DNA of 43,862 nucleotides from Catajapyx aquilonaris (Eukaryota): NCBI GenBank assembly GCA_000934665.2, contig JYFJ02003302.1, positions 1 to 43,862 of the forward strand, read 5' to 3'. Shown piece by piece: positions 12,137 to 24,585 of this stretch (position 1 is its first letter; each line of letters starts with the position of its first letter). The notes under the pieces were generated by a model. It saw only the letters and a program-made list of their open reading frames with translations, ran no database searches and was not told where the DNA came from. The position numbers and the translations under genes were made by a program.

Positions 12137-12617
12137 CAGGGTGTTTCTTACTAGTAGGTCAAGCGGCAGTCAGCGTATTCCTAGGCCCAAAACAAGTCGA
12201 AAGTGTAGGGGGGAGAAATGTGCATCTCTGGGCAAACTACCAGGGTGTTTGTTACTAGTCCAGCCAACGGGCATCAGCATATTCCTTGAGCCAAAAGAAG
12301 TCTAAAATGTAGGGGGAAGAAATGTCGAGGGAGCAACCTTTAATATGACCTTGACCAGAAATATTGGTCAATGGTTGCTGAAGGAGCAGGATATGAGCGT
12401 GAAAATCGCGACTGTTGGGATTTGTAAGGTCACCTCTTTCACAGAAGTGATTATCACTGCTCATATCCTGCAACTTCGGCAGCTACTGCCTAATTTTTCT
12501 GGTCGTCTACCGCGTTAACGGTTGGTCCCTCGAAATTTCTCCCACCTACATTTTCGACTTGTTTTGGCCCAAGGAATGTGCCAACGGCCGTTGGCTGGAC
12601 TAGTAACAAGCACCCTG
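12137..12617. mobile_element. Tc1/mariner MITE (12241-12617) preceded by a partial related end (12137-12240)
   Basis: CAGGGTGTTTGTTACTAGTCCAGCCAACGG ... CCGTTGGCTGGACTAGTAACAAGCACCCTG|TA. A related terminal fragment also lies at about 13450-13555. Confidence 0.85.
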
Positions 12618-13677
12618 TATACATGGAAGACGGCATTAAAGTTCAATGAAAGCCGAATTAGCCCCAAGTGCCAGATGCATGTCAGTATTCTCTGGATTGG
12701 TGAACACCGTCACGTTGTCTTCTGTTGCCTCTTGCTCCCTCTGGACGTATTTTGTATTGTATATGGTCAAAGCCCATTATTGACAACTTGTAGTCAAATG
12801 TCATACTTGCAACCCACACCCTTGCAGTAATAAGGCTCCCACCACCACATGCTTTTCATCCGAGTTTTCATCCCATAACCGTAGCCTACACCATTTAAAT
12901 ATGAGTACTAGCAAGAGATAATTGCTGTTCTGACTGACTGGAGTGCAGCACATTTCAATGGGGCTAATACATTTTTAGCATTAAATTACTCTTGACTTTA
13001 GCTGCTCAAAGTGGAACATGGGCTTTTTTTCAACAAGAAACTGTCTCTCTCACTCTCTGCCTGGAAATCTTCACCATGGCATTAGGTGTACAATGCAATT
13101 ACTTGTTAGTGATGACAAAGTCAAAGTAGACTATCTCACCTTTGCTGGGATATTTTGAGCACTTGGCCTGTCCATTCCTTTCCACAGTGCTGTGAAGGTC
13201 ATAGTCAATGAAGGAAATGCTTTCACTGAACTTCAATGCCCCGTTTTCCATTTAGTTTGCCCAGGAGATGCATTCAGTTGAGTCTTCGAGGAATGTTGGG
13301 AGGTCACCTCTTTTTCCAGCCATCAATATTGGGATTACATCCTGACACTTAGGCAAACACTGTGTGTAAGGGAGTTAGTGGTTTGCTGCCTTCACACAGA
13401 AAGGCTGTTGGGTGGGTAGCCGTACTTGTCTCAGAGGAACCCAAATATCCATCGTCGCCTAGATCTTCAACAGTTGCTCCCTCGACATTTCTCCTCCCTG
13501 CACTTTCTACTTGTTTTGGGCCAAGGAATATGCTGTCCGCTACTTGACCTACTAGTGTATAGCAGCTGCTCCATTTGACCACATTTAGGAATAATTTGGC
13601 ACCTTGAGCGTGACGCAAAAAAGCTACACAAGCATAAATTAAGATCACCCCCAATGCTTGGAACACACTATATAGAC

Positions 13678-13887
13678 CAGGGTTTTTCAACATTTTTACG
13701 TACCCTTGCGGAAACCTTGAAATAATGATAGCATCAGGGAACCCCTACATAAAAATTATTACATATCAATTCATGGCTCAAAAATATATTTACATATGAT
13801 TAGCCTATTCATCACTATTTCTCATGGAACCCCTAGCGACTGCTCATGGAACTCTGGGATTCCGGGAACTCCAGTTGAGAAACACTG
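13678..13887. mobile_element. hAT-like MITE
   Basis: CAGGGTTTTTCAAC ... GTTGAGAAACACTG termini with GGAACCCC subterminal repeats. Confidence 0.75.
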
Positions 13888-14449
13888 ATACAGTATAGAC
13901 CGCGGTGTAGACATACAAAATGGGTAAGGAAAGCTGCTACTGATGTGCAGACGTTGGGTATTACATTTTTTTAAATGTAGACCACTCTGCCCGGAGAAAT
14001 GGTTGCTATTTTTAAATGAAAGGTTGGGAGACTGCTTGTCACTATTGCAATGGAGACACCAGAACTACGTTATCCTGCCAATTATTAGACAGTACATCAA
14101 AAGCAATGGGCAATCAATTTTGTATCTACCATTTGTCATGGTAGATTGAGAGCAACAAGTTGTTAGGGATTTACTATCTATCATGCAAATTGGCCTCAAT
14201 CACCCAGTACTGCACCTGGGTGGGGTTTTTAAAGAAATACCTCTTTCTCAAAGCATTGGCTGTGTGGGCTACTACTGTACTTCCCATCTTAATTCTTCAC
14301 CATTTTGCATTTTAATTTTTAGGTACAACTTGTGCAGCATTTCTTGCCACTACCTTGATGTCTCTTTTTGTGCCCTAGCACATACAAGTATTACCATCAG
14401 TAATAGTTCCATCCTTGTGGAATTATGTTCAACAAAGCATGCTGCTTAA

Positions 14450-15014
14450 CCTGTTGAGGGTGACGCGCCTCATATGAGGATCTGCGGATGTTTGAATTTG
14501 GCGCGCTAAATTTGCACAGAGAATTTGAACTTTGCGGTTCCAAATTCGGTTCAATCTACTCCTGCCATCTCTTTGATGGTGACTAAACTACCATGACCAT
14601 CCCACAATCCACTGGGCGGGAGCAAAGCTGAGTCGAACATGCCAAGACCACGCGGCTTCCGGGTCATCTTTCATGTAAAAAAACGCCCTGAGTACAAGGT
14701 GTCGGTGAAGTCTGGACCCTTGGGAGTTTCTCATAGTATAGTGTTGTGGTAATATTATGAAACCATAATAACAGTGTATAGTGATTATGTAAACGTGTTA
14801 GGCTTATCGACATGATGCGAGCCAAATGATTCTTAAAAAATTATTTCTGGAACACCCTGTAGATGAATTTTTTCCAGCATTTTACATTAAAAAGGACCAC
14901 CACAAATTAAAATGATTAATTTGGACGTGAAGTTAATATCACTCCTACATCAAATTTTGGACAAAAAAGAAGAAAACAGCCCAAAAACTTTCCAAAAACT
15001 CCACCGTCAACAGG
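14450..15014. mobile_element. piggyBac-type MITE
   Basis: TTAA|CCTGTTGAGGGTG ... CACCGTCAACAGG|TTAA; subterminal palindrome CCTCATATGAGG. Confidence 0.9.
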
Positions 15015-15159
15015 TTAACCATCCATGACACCTTGGCTAACAACTGTGTACGTGTTTCAAATCTACAACTTTGTGCTAGGACATTTTCATTGTAGACTTG
15101 TACTGTGTATGGAATAAACTGCATTTGTGACTAAGACAAGAAACATGTGAACCACTTAT

Positions 15160-15165
15160 TTTATT
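15160..15165 (-). terminator. Candidate TMED7 polyadenylation signal
   Basis: AATAAA on the - strand followed by GT-rich sequence, implying a 3' UTR of about 1.5 kb; not confirmed. Confidence 0.45.
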
Positions 15166-15955
15166 TTAATGACTCAAGTGACTTTTCACTTCAAACAAAC
15201 AGTACCAGGGCTGCTGCAGGCCTCAAAACATTTTTTCACTGCACAAACAAGCATTCCTCCGGATAATACTACAAGTAGGGTTGAACAATTCACGAGACCA
15301 TAGTTTTCAACTGACAAAATTTAGCCACATTACCCCACAGAAAACCAACTTCCGAGATTCAGTATCATTCGAATATTATTGCATACATACACGGTTAAAA
15401 CAATTTAAAATCATGTTGGCAGTTTGAAATCTGCCAGACATCTAATGAAGGGACACTTACAAAAATCAAAACTTCTTAGCAATTGGAAACCTGTTACAAA
15501 ACCAAATGACAATATAGGCAGGTCTAAATTACATGACACTGGAAACCTGCCATGAAAAAAGAAAACTGGACACCTGGGAAATCCAAATTACTTGACAGCA
15601 AGAAACTTGTAAATAGACAATTTTTTTTTGGGACACTTGGCAAAGTCAATTAACATGGATTCTCCAAATGGAGCACAACCCGTGTTCAAGAGGCTGGGTT
15701 CATCCATAGCCTGGAGAACCTACTTCAGCTGTACAGAGCTTTGTAGTATCTACAACTCTTACCCCTCAACTTCTTAAAAACATTTCCTTCACATTTGTGC
15801 CAGTTCTTACATAAATATAGCACACAAGTTCCACTCAAACTTCTAGGACCAAACTCCATTCAACTTGGACTCTGAGAATGCTCTGCGTAGCAGAAAAGTC
15901 AGCATCCAAATGAACAGGGCACGACCTTCAAATGTCCACACTGACACAACTGAAA

Positions 15956-16660
15956 CTCACAACCGAACTACTACTTGTTACTACCATGAATTTACAAAAT
16001 TTTTGTGTTTTCTCATTCTGATTTGCCTATAGTGTTGTGCAAACATCACCTCGACTGCTAATGCTCAGGTTAGCAGGGTGAAAATATAAGCCAAACTTTT
16101 TACATCGATAGCATAGGAAAATGGGCAAATGAAACACTGAAGGGTTCCCCAGCCCTTTGGTAGTTGCTGCCAGGGGGTAGCAGGGTTGAAGAGAGGGTGC
16201 CCAACACCCATTATTGACTACTGTTTTGATACAAATTTTGAACCATGTTCACATGAGAGTGTTATGATTTTGTCTTTTTGAAGTGCAGCTGGTGTGAACA
16301 GCATCTGTGTTTTTCTCATTTTTTGGTGCAACTGCACTTGTGTAGTAATTTGTAAATGATTGATGAGACTTGATTTCTAAATTGCTGTATAAAGTTGGAC
16401 TTTGCCTAATCTTTCCTTCCTTCTAGTTATAATAAACATTAACTTTTCTCATTCTATCAACCCAGCGCATAGTGAAAAACTTTTTGTTTGCCCATTTTCC
16501 CTATGCTATCAATTTTAAAGTCTGGCGTATATTTTGATTCTGATAACCTGAGGATTAGCAGTTGAGGTGATATTCGCACAACACTATTGGAAAAGCAGAA
16601 TTAGAAAAGGCAAAAATTTTCAAAATTCATGTTAGTATAAAGTAGTAGTTTGGTTGTCAG
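15956..16660. repeat. Long imperfect inverted repeat downstream of the TMED7 stop (arms 15956-16134 and 16482-16660)
   Basis: Manual alignment of the left arm with the reverse complement of the right arm gives roughly 80-85% identity over about 180 bp. Confidence 0.9.
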
Positions 16661-16673
16661 ACCAATCCCTCTC

Positions 16674-16907
16674 CTACATGGAATTGGCCTGAGACGGTTT
16701 CTTTTCCGAAAAAAAGTTCTTGAGGATGAAAACCTGGCCAATTCCCACAAAAAGTATAGCCAAGGTTTCAAGGACGGACCACCACATGACCCTCTCGTTG
16801 AGGTCTTCAGCCCTCTTGCGCCCCTGTGTTTCACGTAGGCGATGGTGGGTTTGATAGTCCACCACACTATTGAGGTTCTCATGGATGTCCTGAGCTGATG
16901 ACTCCAT
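16674..16907 (-). CDS. TMED7: TMED7/p24-gamma exon 3 (coiled coil, TM helix, cytosolic tail)
   Basis: TTGCAG acceptor; [47 protein letters not shown]...[21 protein letters not shown] then TAG. Confidence 0.96.
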   Translation of the reverse strand: MESSAQDIHENLNSVVDYQTHHRLRETQGRKRAEDLNERVMWWSVLETLAILFVGIGQVFILKNFFSEKKPSQANSM

Positions 16908-17559
16908 CTGCAAGTAATTCAGAAATTAGCCATGCTGCAGTTTCCTGTTGCAAGATGATGAGTAATGAAAAAGTAGCATTTACAATTAAAAACAAAATAT
17001 ATGAAATATCTCACATATATTGAGCCAATTCCCCCAGTCACACACACATGCGTCTCCCTCCTAACACCACGTACAATGTGTGGCAGTCAATTTGGCATTA
17101 CCAATGACACAAAATCTAATATTGCCTCAAATGGTGTCTTCCATTAAATGATGCACACACAACGGTCATTCTACATAGTAATTGAAACATCCGTGTAACA
17201 TGGACAACATTTTATGAGAGCTGCAATGTAACAATATTTCACCTTTTCTTCATATGACAATATTTTTCCAAGAAATATCACAGGATTATAATTTCATCCT
17301 ATCCCAAACAGTGCCACTTAACAATCCCACAATGTACAGTCAACCGCACAGATTTGGTGCACAGTACATCAGCAATATTGCCCAAGTGATTGTGACATCG
17401 TGATCTGGGAAAGCAATACACCACCGTACAGGAAAGTTATATTTTTCTTTTGCTCATTAGCATTGATGCAGTACTTTTTGTTGCCACCTGCCTAACTTTT
17501 CAAACTTATTGCATCATCAACCTCATGAATCCATGCCAGACAAAGAGATTACTGAATTA

Positions 17560-17775
17560 CAATGGGTTGCCCCTGTGGCCTTTTTAGGGGATCCTATTTT
17601 CAACACCCAACTTGATCCACCATATTATAGTGGGAAAAAGTGGGAGATCCCTGAGAACACCCAAGCAAACAGACAGAGAACCATTGAAACTCTGTCCACA
17701 TGAGAACTTCCTCTGTCCAACATGGGGATTGGACTTGGGACTTCCAAGTTGGAAGGTTACGGTAGTAAACCCGAG
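17560..17775 (-). mobile_element. Old, diverged SINE family A copy
   Basis: Reverse complement aligns to the family A core and tail with many substitutions. Confidence 0.75.
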
Positions 17776-19160
17776 ACTTGAAGAAAGGTCCAAATCAACT
17801 GTTTTACCAAAACTGAGTTGAATCCTGTACCTGGAGCACAAGTGCATTATGTATTCAAAAAAAAAGAACACCTAATACTACTCAGTTTGTCATGTTTAAA
17901 AATATTTAAGCATTTTAAGTGAAAAGAACCTTTTTAAAAATTTGTGCAAAAATTAGGCTCTGCTTCATAACTACATGTTCCTTCATAACTACATGTTCCT
18001 TATTCTAGTCATTTCAGAGCGATCAATGAGCGCAATCTTTGTGGAGAAATTTTATCTAAGGGAATATTGTCACATGATCATGAGATGAACTGAAGTAGGG
18101 TCCAATTTCACGACATAAATATTTTCATTTGATTTGCTAACAATTTACCTGTAAATGAGTAAACTTGTGTACAGTACATGAGTGATGGGCAGATTTTTTA
18201 AATTTACAAGTTACTCGTATATATGCAGTATGGAAATGGGAATGTGCCTACTAAACAATTTGCTTATGCCCTTCATATTGTAGGCTCAAATAGGCACTTA
18301 TTGAAAACTTGCAATAGTCTAATCTTTGTCAAGTAGAATAGGATTTTAAAAACACTGCATCACGTGGTTCAGGGAATAGCTCATGGCCACATGGAATACA
18401 CTGAAGCCCAACTCCTATACATTTCCAGACTTCACTAACTCCAAGAGTTTGGAGAGTAGATCCCAAAAATGTGTGTGGGGCCACGATTCAGAATAAAGAA
18501 ACACACATGCTCACTTGGTCTTACAAGACACAGTAACCATTTTGTACCTTTAAAATAAAGGTTACAGTCATATGAACTGATGTCATGAACAGCCATTTGC
18601 ATTTATATGGAGCAGCAATAATGTTTTTATCAGTTGTATGTCCAATAATGCTAATATTAATTAAAAAGATGGGAGTGTAACCATTGTGAACTGAGCTGGC
18701 AACTCAATAACATCTGTGAAGAGTAGTATTTCCAGCAGAAATCTAATCTGAAAATGTGTGAATGCCCCTCCCCCAGCCCTTACAAAGGGTGCTTTAAATT
18801 TTCATTTGCCAGAAAAGAGGAGCTGAAGTTGACGTCACGAAATCAACAACATGGCAATGCCCAACTTCTACCCACTTCTAAGTTCAAATGTGTCTTGTGA
18901 TTCGTAAATTCTCATGCTGGCTGACAGTCCCACTGGATCTGTGCCACAATAGTGCTATAGTCACTCAGGTCACAATAGTGCCTCAATCAGCCAGAGTGGC
19001 ACTGGCAGGATAGCAATTCATGCAATTCCTTCCTCCATGTTGATTTCCCAACCTTCCATGGCGACAAGAATAATGGAGACTTTTAAAAAGCACCCTATTA
19101 GGAACAATCCACAAGAAAATAATCCCATGGTGCCAGAAGAATGGTATGTTCTCTATTATA

Positions 19161-19900
19161 CAGGGTGATTCATATAAAACTGACACATTTCTTTCTTTAT
19201 TTATTCGGATGGACATGCCCTTTTTAGTTTCGAATTAAGCGGAACCTTTGTAGTTATGATTCCTTGTCAACGCACAGAACACACGCTACTGGGCCATCCA
19301 AAATCCACACATCGTTGCACCCAGTGAAAGTCGGGTTTGGTGCGCAATCTCTCCACACAGAATAGTGGGACCAATTTTTTTCCACCGGACTGTTAACACT
19401 GAAGAGTACCGACGCATTTTCATGGAGTTTGTTGAGCAACTGGATGACGTTGAGCTGGGTAAAGGATATTATCAACAAGACGGTGCCACGTGTCACACAT
19501 CAAACAAATCCATGGAGCTCATTGAAAGTGTCTTTGACGACCGGATAATTTCCAAGAATTGGTGGCCACCGAGATCTCCAGATTTGACAAGCCCGGACTT
19601 CTCTCTATAGGGTTTCTTAAAAGACAGAGTTTATGCCACACGCCCCCGAATGTTGGACAATTTGAAGAAGAACATTACACAAGAGATCAATGGTCTTGAC
19701 AACAGCATTCTCCAACGAACGGCCAGCAACATGGAACGACGTGTTGCGCTGTGCTTAGAGCAGGAGGGAGGACATTTCCTCTCGAGTTTAGTATTCTCCC
19801 AAAGTTACTCTACATTTGAGGTACAATAAATAAATAAATACATCATTCTTGTTAAAATCAATTCAGAATGAAATGTGTCAGTATTATGTGAATCACCCTG
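19161..19900 (+). mobile_element. Internally deleted mariner-like element
   Basis: TA|CAGGGTGATTCATATAAAACTGACACATTTC ... GAAATGTGTCAGTATTATGTGAATCACCCTG|TA; transposase remnant KVGFGAQ/GPIFF...YYQQDGATCH...WPPRSPDLTSPDF. Confidence 0.93.
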
Positions 19901-20262
19901 TACCAACAGGTAATTATTGGATGGATTTTGAATGAAGTTGATACATTCATAGGCCACTACAGCATGTGTACTATGCAATTGATATGCTTGAAACAGTTTC
20001 TTATAATAGATTTTAATTCTATACTTCCATCAGGCACTCATTCTGATTGGCTCGTGAGAGAGTAGGCAGGGTTTCAAGTTCATCCCATTGGCTTGCGCGA
20101 GAAGAAGTGGTGTTCCAAGTTAGACTTCCACTCACGTTACTACTCCTATCTCTATCTTGGTTCCAGTTAGGAATTAGAATGTTCCTATAGCAGTCTTTGA
20201 GCCCAATGTGACAGTTTGGATAGGAAGTTAGAAGTGAGCAACAACCATGAAAATGTGAAATA

Positions 20263-21161
20263 CGAGGGTTGTCCGATAATTATTGGCAACACTGTTACCA
20301 CTCAGTACTCCAGGCTGCCAGGACAGAATGTGGATAGATACCTTAAGAGTCGGCCCTGGGGAACCCTATAGTACCATTTGCGAAGCACTCGCAGCAGGAT
20401 GTGCGGAGCAATGCCTGTTCAAAGTGTACCCCCTCCACGCCATCGCCCTGAAGACAGCTCTGCTTTATCGAGATCCCTGTTCGTCCCTGTTTCAGATGGA
20501 AAATCTGCCAGACAGCACCATCAAGACCTTGTGCAGGCTTGTGGTGACTCTGCCTCCCGAATCGTACCATTGCAAGGTTCGTACAAGCTTTTAAAGAAGG
20601 CCCCCTCCCATACTGCAACAAACCCGACCCATTGCGAAGCTGTGACAACTTTGTTGGATATGGACCGGCGATGGACCTGCATCGAATTGGCAATAGAAAT
20701 TGGAAAGCAGCATCAATACCATAATTGCATCATCATCTCTGCCCAGAAATTAGCCTTCAGCAGAAGGATTTGTTCCAGAGAGGACCCATTGTCTTCCATG
20801 ACAACCTTTGTCATGTGGCCATTGCTGTTCGGAAATTTTCTTCAGTAATGGGAATGGAAGCTGTTGGAACATCCTCCCTATTCATCTGACATGAGTGTAT
20901 GTGACTACGATCAAATACAAAAATGAAGGAACCCTTAGATGGCTTTGGTTTCTGTATGAGGGAAGCAAATCTTAGGGCGGTCTCCGCATAACTCCTCCAC
21001 ACACACAAAGAAGTGACGATGTACTAAGCTTTCCATGGATATAGAAAAATGTGATAAAAATTGCTGGGGACTACACCTAGGGAATGTGAAATGTTCATGT
21101 GTGTACCCATACCGATACGAAAATGACAGCAGTGTTGCCAATAATTATCGGACGACCCACG
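20263..21161 (+). mobile_element. Decayed mariner element
   Basis: TA|CGAGGGTTGTCCGATAATTATTGGCAACACTG ... CAGTGTTGCCAATAATTATCGGACGACCCACG|TA; remnants DRRWTCIELAIEIG and HPPYSSDMSVCDY (YSPDL-like). Confidence 0.9.
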
Positions 21162-21371
21162 TATATCTGGCAATGTCTCCTTGCAGTGAAGTGAAGGTTC
21201 AGTCTTTACCATGCAGGACATACTAAATGTTTATTTCTCATTTACATAGTATGTGACAGAAGTGCATTAGCTCTTTTTTGGAATGCACTTGCTTTTTTTC
21301 TCATGATGGTACAATGACATCAGAAGAAACCATCTGACACCTCATAATAATATATTAGATACCGGTAACTA

Positions 21372-21940
21372 CAGTAAAACTTCTACAAGTTGAACTTCCC
21401 TAAGTTGAAGTTCTCTATAAGTTGAAGAAAATTATGAGCTAGGTTGGTCACAATGTAAAATAATAAGAAATAAACTTCCCTAACTTGAATTCCTATACCT
21501 CGAAATGCTGGCAGGGCCTTACGATGGGATATCAATGCATTTTCAGTCTCCCTAAGTCGAAGTTCATGTTGGCAAGTACGGAAAATTTTCTCATTTCCTA
21601 GCCGAAGGGTCGAGAGTATAGGCCACATGTACAGAAAGGCTCAATTTCCTGATCTCCGTCTAGCAGATGTACCGAAAGAAGTGTTAGACTCGATTATGAC
21701 AATTGAATCCTTGAATCGACCAGTATGCAAATGTCCGTAACAAAGTTTTTTTTAACACCAAAACAACAAGGAACATTGTAAGTGTGATAGTGACAGTTCT
21801 TTTTAAGGTTTGATCACCTTTCGTTGCTGGATATAAAGGTAGGCTTCCTTACAGAGTTATTTGCTTGAAAAAATCCAAACTTCTCTAACTCGGAGTTTTT
21901 TTCCGGTCCCATAGAGATTCGACTTATAGAAGTTTTACTG
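21372..21940. mobile_element. pogo/Tigger-type MITE
   Basis: TA|CAGTAAAACTTCTA ... TAGAAGTTTTACTG|TA; closely similar inverted copy at 34249-34832. Confidence 0.92.
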
Positions 21941-22079
21941 TAACTTATTAGTTTGCTCTGGCAGTTGCACACTACCAGGCTAGACAATTAGTTCTCCCTA
22001 AGAACACCCAAGTTTGGGCTTATTGCATATTCATAGTCAAGTCAGCTGCCCTGCAGGCTTCCCAAATTACTGAACTCAC

Positions 22080-22325
22080 CTGAGTCATGGCTGTTACATG
22101 TTCTCCAAGACCTGGGAGAGGTGCCTCATCCCCAACCTGGAAGTCGACGTACACAAGTTTGTGTGAAAACGTTGAGAATTCGTTGCTGAAGCAAGCAGCA
22201 TAGGTCCCAGTCTGGTCAGGTGTCCAAGTGAAGCTGTCATACTGCTTCTTTATCTGCTTATAGATGACCTGCTTATTTGGTGCTTCCAGGGTGACATCCA
22301 CATCATAATGTCCTCCAGTGACCAC
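22080..22325 (-). CDS. TMED7: TMED7/p24-gamma exon 2 (GOLD domain)
   Basis: TTTCAG acceptor; [16 protein letters not shown]...[23 protein letters not shown]...TAMTQ; GTGAGT donor; phase 0/0. Confidence 0.97.
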
Positions 22326-22793
22326 CTGAAAATTTAAAGAGGCAGTAAAAATTCAGGGATGAGGCCCCATTTGTGAAAGTATTAATCTGTATGTGAAAAA
22401 CAATTTTTAATGTGGTATAGAAGGGACAGGATTTGGGCCAGAATGGCTTTATTTGGTCTCTACTGGGATTCGAACCCAGCATCGCATATGCATCAGCGAC
22501 ACACCTTTGAAGAGACTTGGATCTGCCATATTACCCAAAAAGGTGGAGGTGGGGGGAACTAGTGGTTGCAGTTGAATATTAAAAATGGGCTTGGGAAAGT
22601 GCCAGGTACACAGTACACACACAAGGTCATTCCTCAACTTCATCATGCTTCCATTCACACATGCAGCTGTTGCTCAAAGACCTGTTGCAGCTGTTTATAT
22701 GTCACAAGTCCGACTAATTTAAAAGTTCTGCCTTCATTTTTGCTTATTCTTATATCAGGTCGAATATGTAGACCTATGTTACAGAACATTATA

Positions 22794-22971
22794 CAGGGTG
22801 ACTCTAAAGTAAGGATACATAGGTAATTGGATTGTTGGTTCCAGTTGGTGACAACCAGCAGATTGTTAACATTATTTTAGTAAAGGATGAGTTGGTATGG
22901 TTGGCACAACTGGAAACCAACAATACAATTCAATAATTACCTACGTATCCTTACTTTAAAGAGTCACCCTG
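22794..22971. mobile_element. Tc1/mariner-type MITE
   Basis: TA|CAGGGTGACTCTAAAGTAAGGATAC ... GTATCCTTACTTTAAAGAGTCACCCTG|TA. Confidence 0.88.
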
Positions 22972-23312
22972 TATATTAATTTATATTATACTACATAAAA
23001 TATTGAAGCCTCATGAAGACATTAACCACAATTTATGCTGCCTTGCTGCAAGTCTGGAATATGTAAGAATCCTTGACACCTGTGTGACCTACAATAATTA
23101 TCATCACTTCAGATTCAACAATTACTCTCCCCTTCCTCAGATAATTGGCAAAAATGAAAGAATCTACTTTTAAAGATTTTACATGGGCTTTCTAAGTGTC
23201 CAAGTGCCCAACTATATTATGAGTGGCATTAAAAACATCTACATATCCATACATCAAGACTTGACTGTCAAAATTTACACAGTATACAATCTAAACAATT
23301 CGTAAATATATA

Positions 23313-24028
23313 CAGGGTGAAGGAAAACTCGAGTACAATCGCCAGGTAGACTGATAGTACCCGCCAAACTAATATAGGAATGTGCAATTAGTTTTTGGCA
23401 TGGGCGACACGATGGCGGAGTAGTTAGTTCCGCAGCCTTCCAACTCTAAGGTCCCGAGTTTGATCCCCAGATTGGACCGAGGAAACTTATGTGGATCGAG
23501 TTTCGATGGGTTCTCTCCGTGTTCGAGTGGGTTTTCTCCGGGTTCTCCCATTTCCTCCCACTATCAAAATCCATCACAGCAAAGGCAATGATTAAAGTCG
23601 GTTAATTAAAAAGATGATCCCCTAAAAAGCCCAAGGAGGCCTATGACGGGGTATCCATTATAAAAATTAGTTTTTGGCTCCGTTGCGTAGTTAATGCGTA
23701 CGGCGCCCTTAAAGTGTAGCGGATGATGGAATATGAGGCCAAAACGACGAAGTGCATGGGTGTCATACCCCGATTCTTACTCTGACGGGATTTGATCGCT
23801 TTTTGCACATGGACGACGTGTTAGGGGACCAAGGCAAGGGACCGGAGGCCCTCGAACTGACTTTTGCTTTTTAGAAGCTGGCAGAACGGATGTGCCGTCA
23901 TGAAACTTTGAACGCGTCGTACATATTAACTATGCAACGGAGCCCAAAACTAATTACACATCTCTATATTAGTTTTGCGAGTACTATAAGTTTACCTGGC
24001 GATTGTACGCGAGTTTCCCTTCACCCTG
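23313..24028. mobile_element. Tc1/mariner-type MITE with a SINE inserted in its left TIR
   Basis: TA|CAGGGTGAAGGAAAACTCG ... CGAGTTTCCCTTCACCCTG|TA, with long TIRs. Confidence 0.9.
23400..23664 (+). mobile_element. SINE family A copy
   Basis: Matches 4156-4434; 14-bp TSD AATTAGTTTTTGGC at 23386-23399 and 23665-23678. Confidence 0.92.
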
Positions 24029-24205
24029 TATTATTACTTCTAAGCCAGAAGTAAAACCATCATGAAACTACCACAAAATCAAACTACTGGCTCAAGGGCA
24101 TACATTCATCAATAGCAAACCTTGCATCAGCAATGTTGGTTGGGAAATAGCTTATTTTTGTACACACTACTTCATTACAACTCCCACAGTACATATTACG
24201 TAGAG

Positions 24206-24585
24206 CAGAGGTCGCAAACATGCGGCCCACGCGCAACTAAATTGCGGCCCCAAGGTCCTATCTCACGTTTTTGGCCATTATCAACATGTTTAGCAATTTG
24301 ACGATGGACAATGAACAAATTACCTTTACTTCATGTCTTTATATTTATGGCTCTGCCATGGGTTCAGTGGGGAAGTCTGGGAAAATACTTCATCTGAAAA
24401 TATCAGGTGTATACTTTGTCAGTTACATTCACCTAAGATTGTGTGGCCTTGAACACAAAACCTTGTTCTCTTCCCAGTTATTGTTTCCTTATAGTGCTAG
24501 TTACCTGCTTGCATATTGCACTGCTGGTAATGCGCTGCCCGAACTAAAGTTCCCACAAGCTATGTAATCGAGTTTGAGACCCCTG
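24206..24585. mobile_element. hAT MITE
   Basis: CAGAGGTCGCAAAC ... GTTTGAGACCCCTG with a perfect 8-bp TSD ACGTAGAG. Confidence 0.9.

Larger units (their letters stand above)
9720..15090 (-). pseudogene. Decayed endogenous viral element: C-terminal half of a chuvirus/Mononegavirales-like L polymerase, interrupted by TEs
   Basis: Collinear - strand fragments: FHK...GTKRDIKVVARNAAQVVP (about 14325-14422), SSLPTFHL...FLRAE (13985-14037), FL*DKYGYP (13413-13439), KFSESISFIDY (13201-13233), RLRLW...VVG...LQV (12805-12890), HLALGANSAFI (12645-12678), GTFPCTPIHH (about 11965-11997), VVFLDVD and LCKIYFP (9832-9966). Many stops and frameshifts; similarity recalled from memory of L proteins. Confidence 0.6.

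Noticed and set aside
20283..20848. Long ORFs (103-156 aa) in the TMED7 intron
   Set aside because: Frameshifted pieces of a dead mariner bounded by TIRs.
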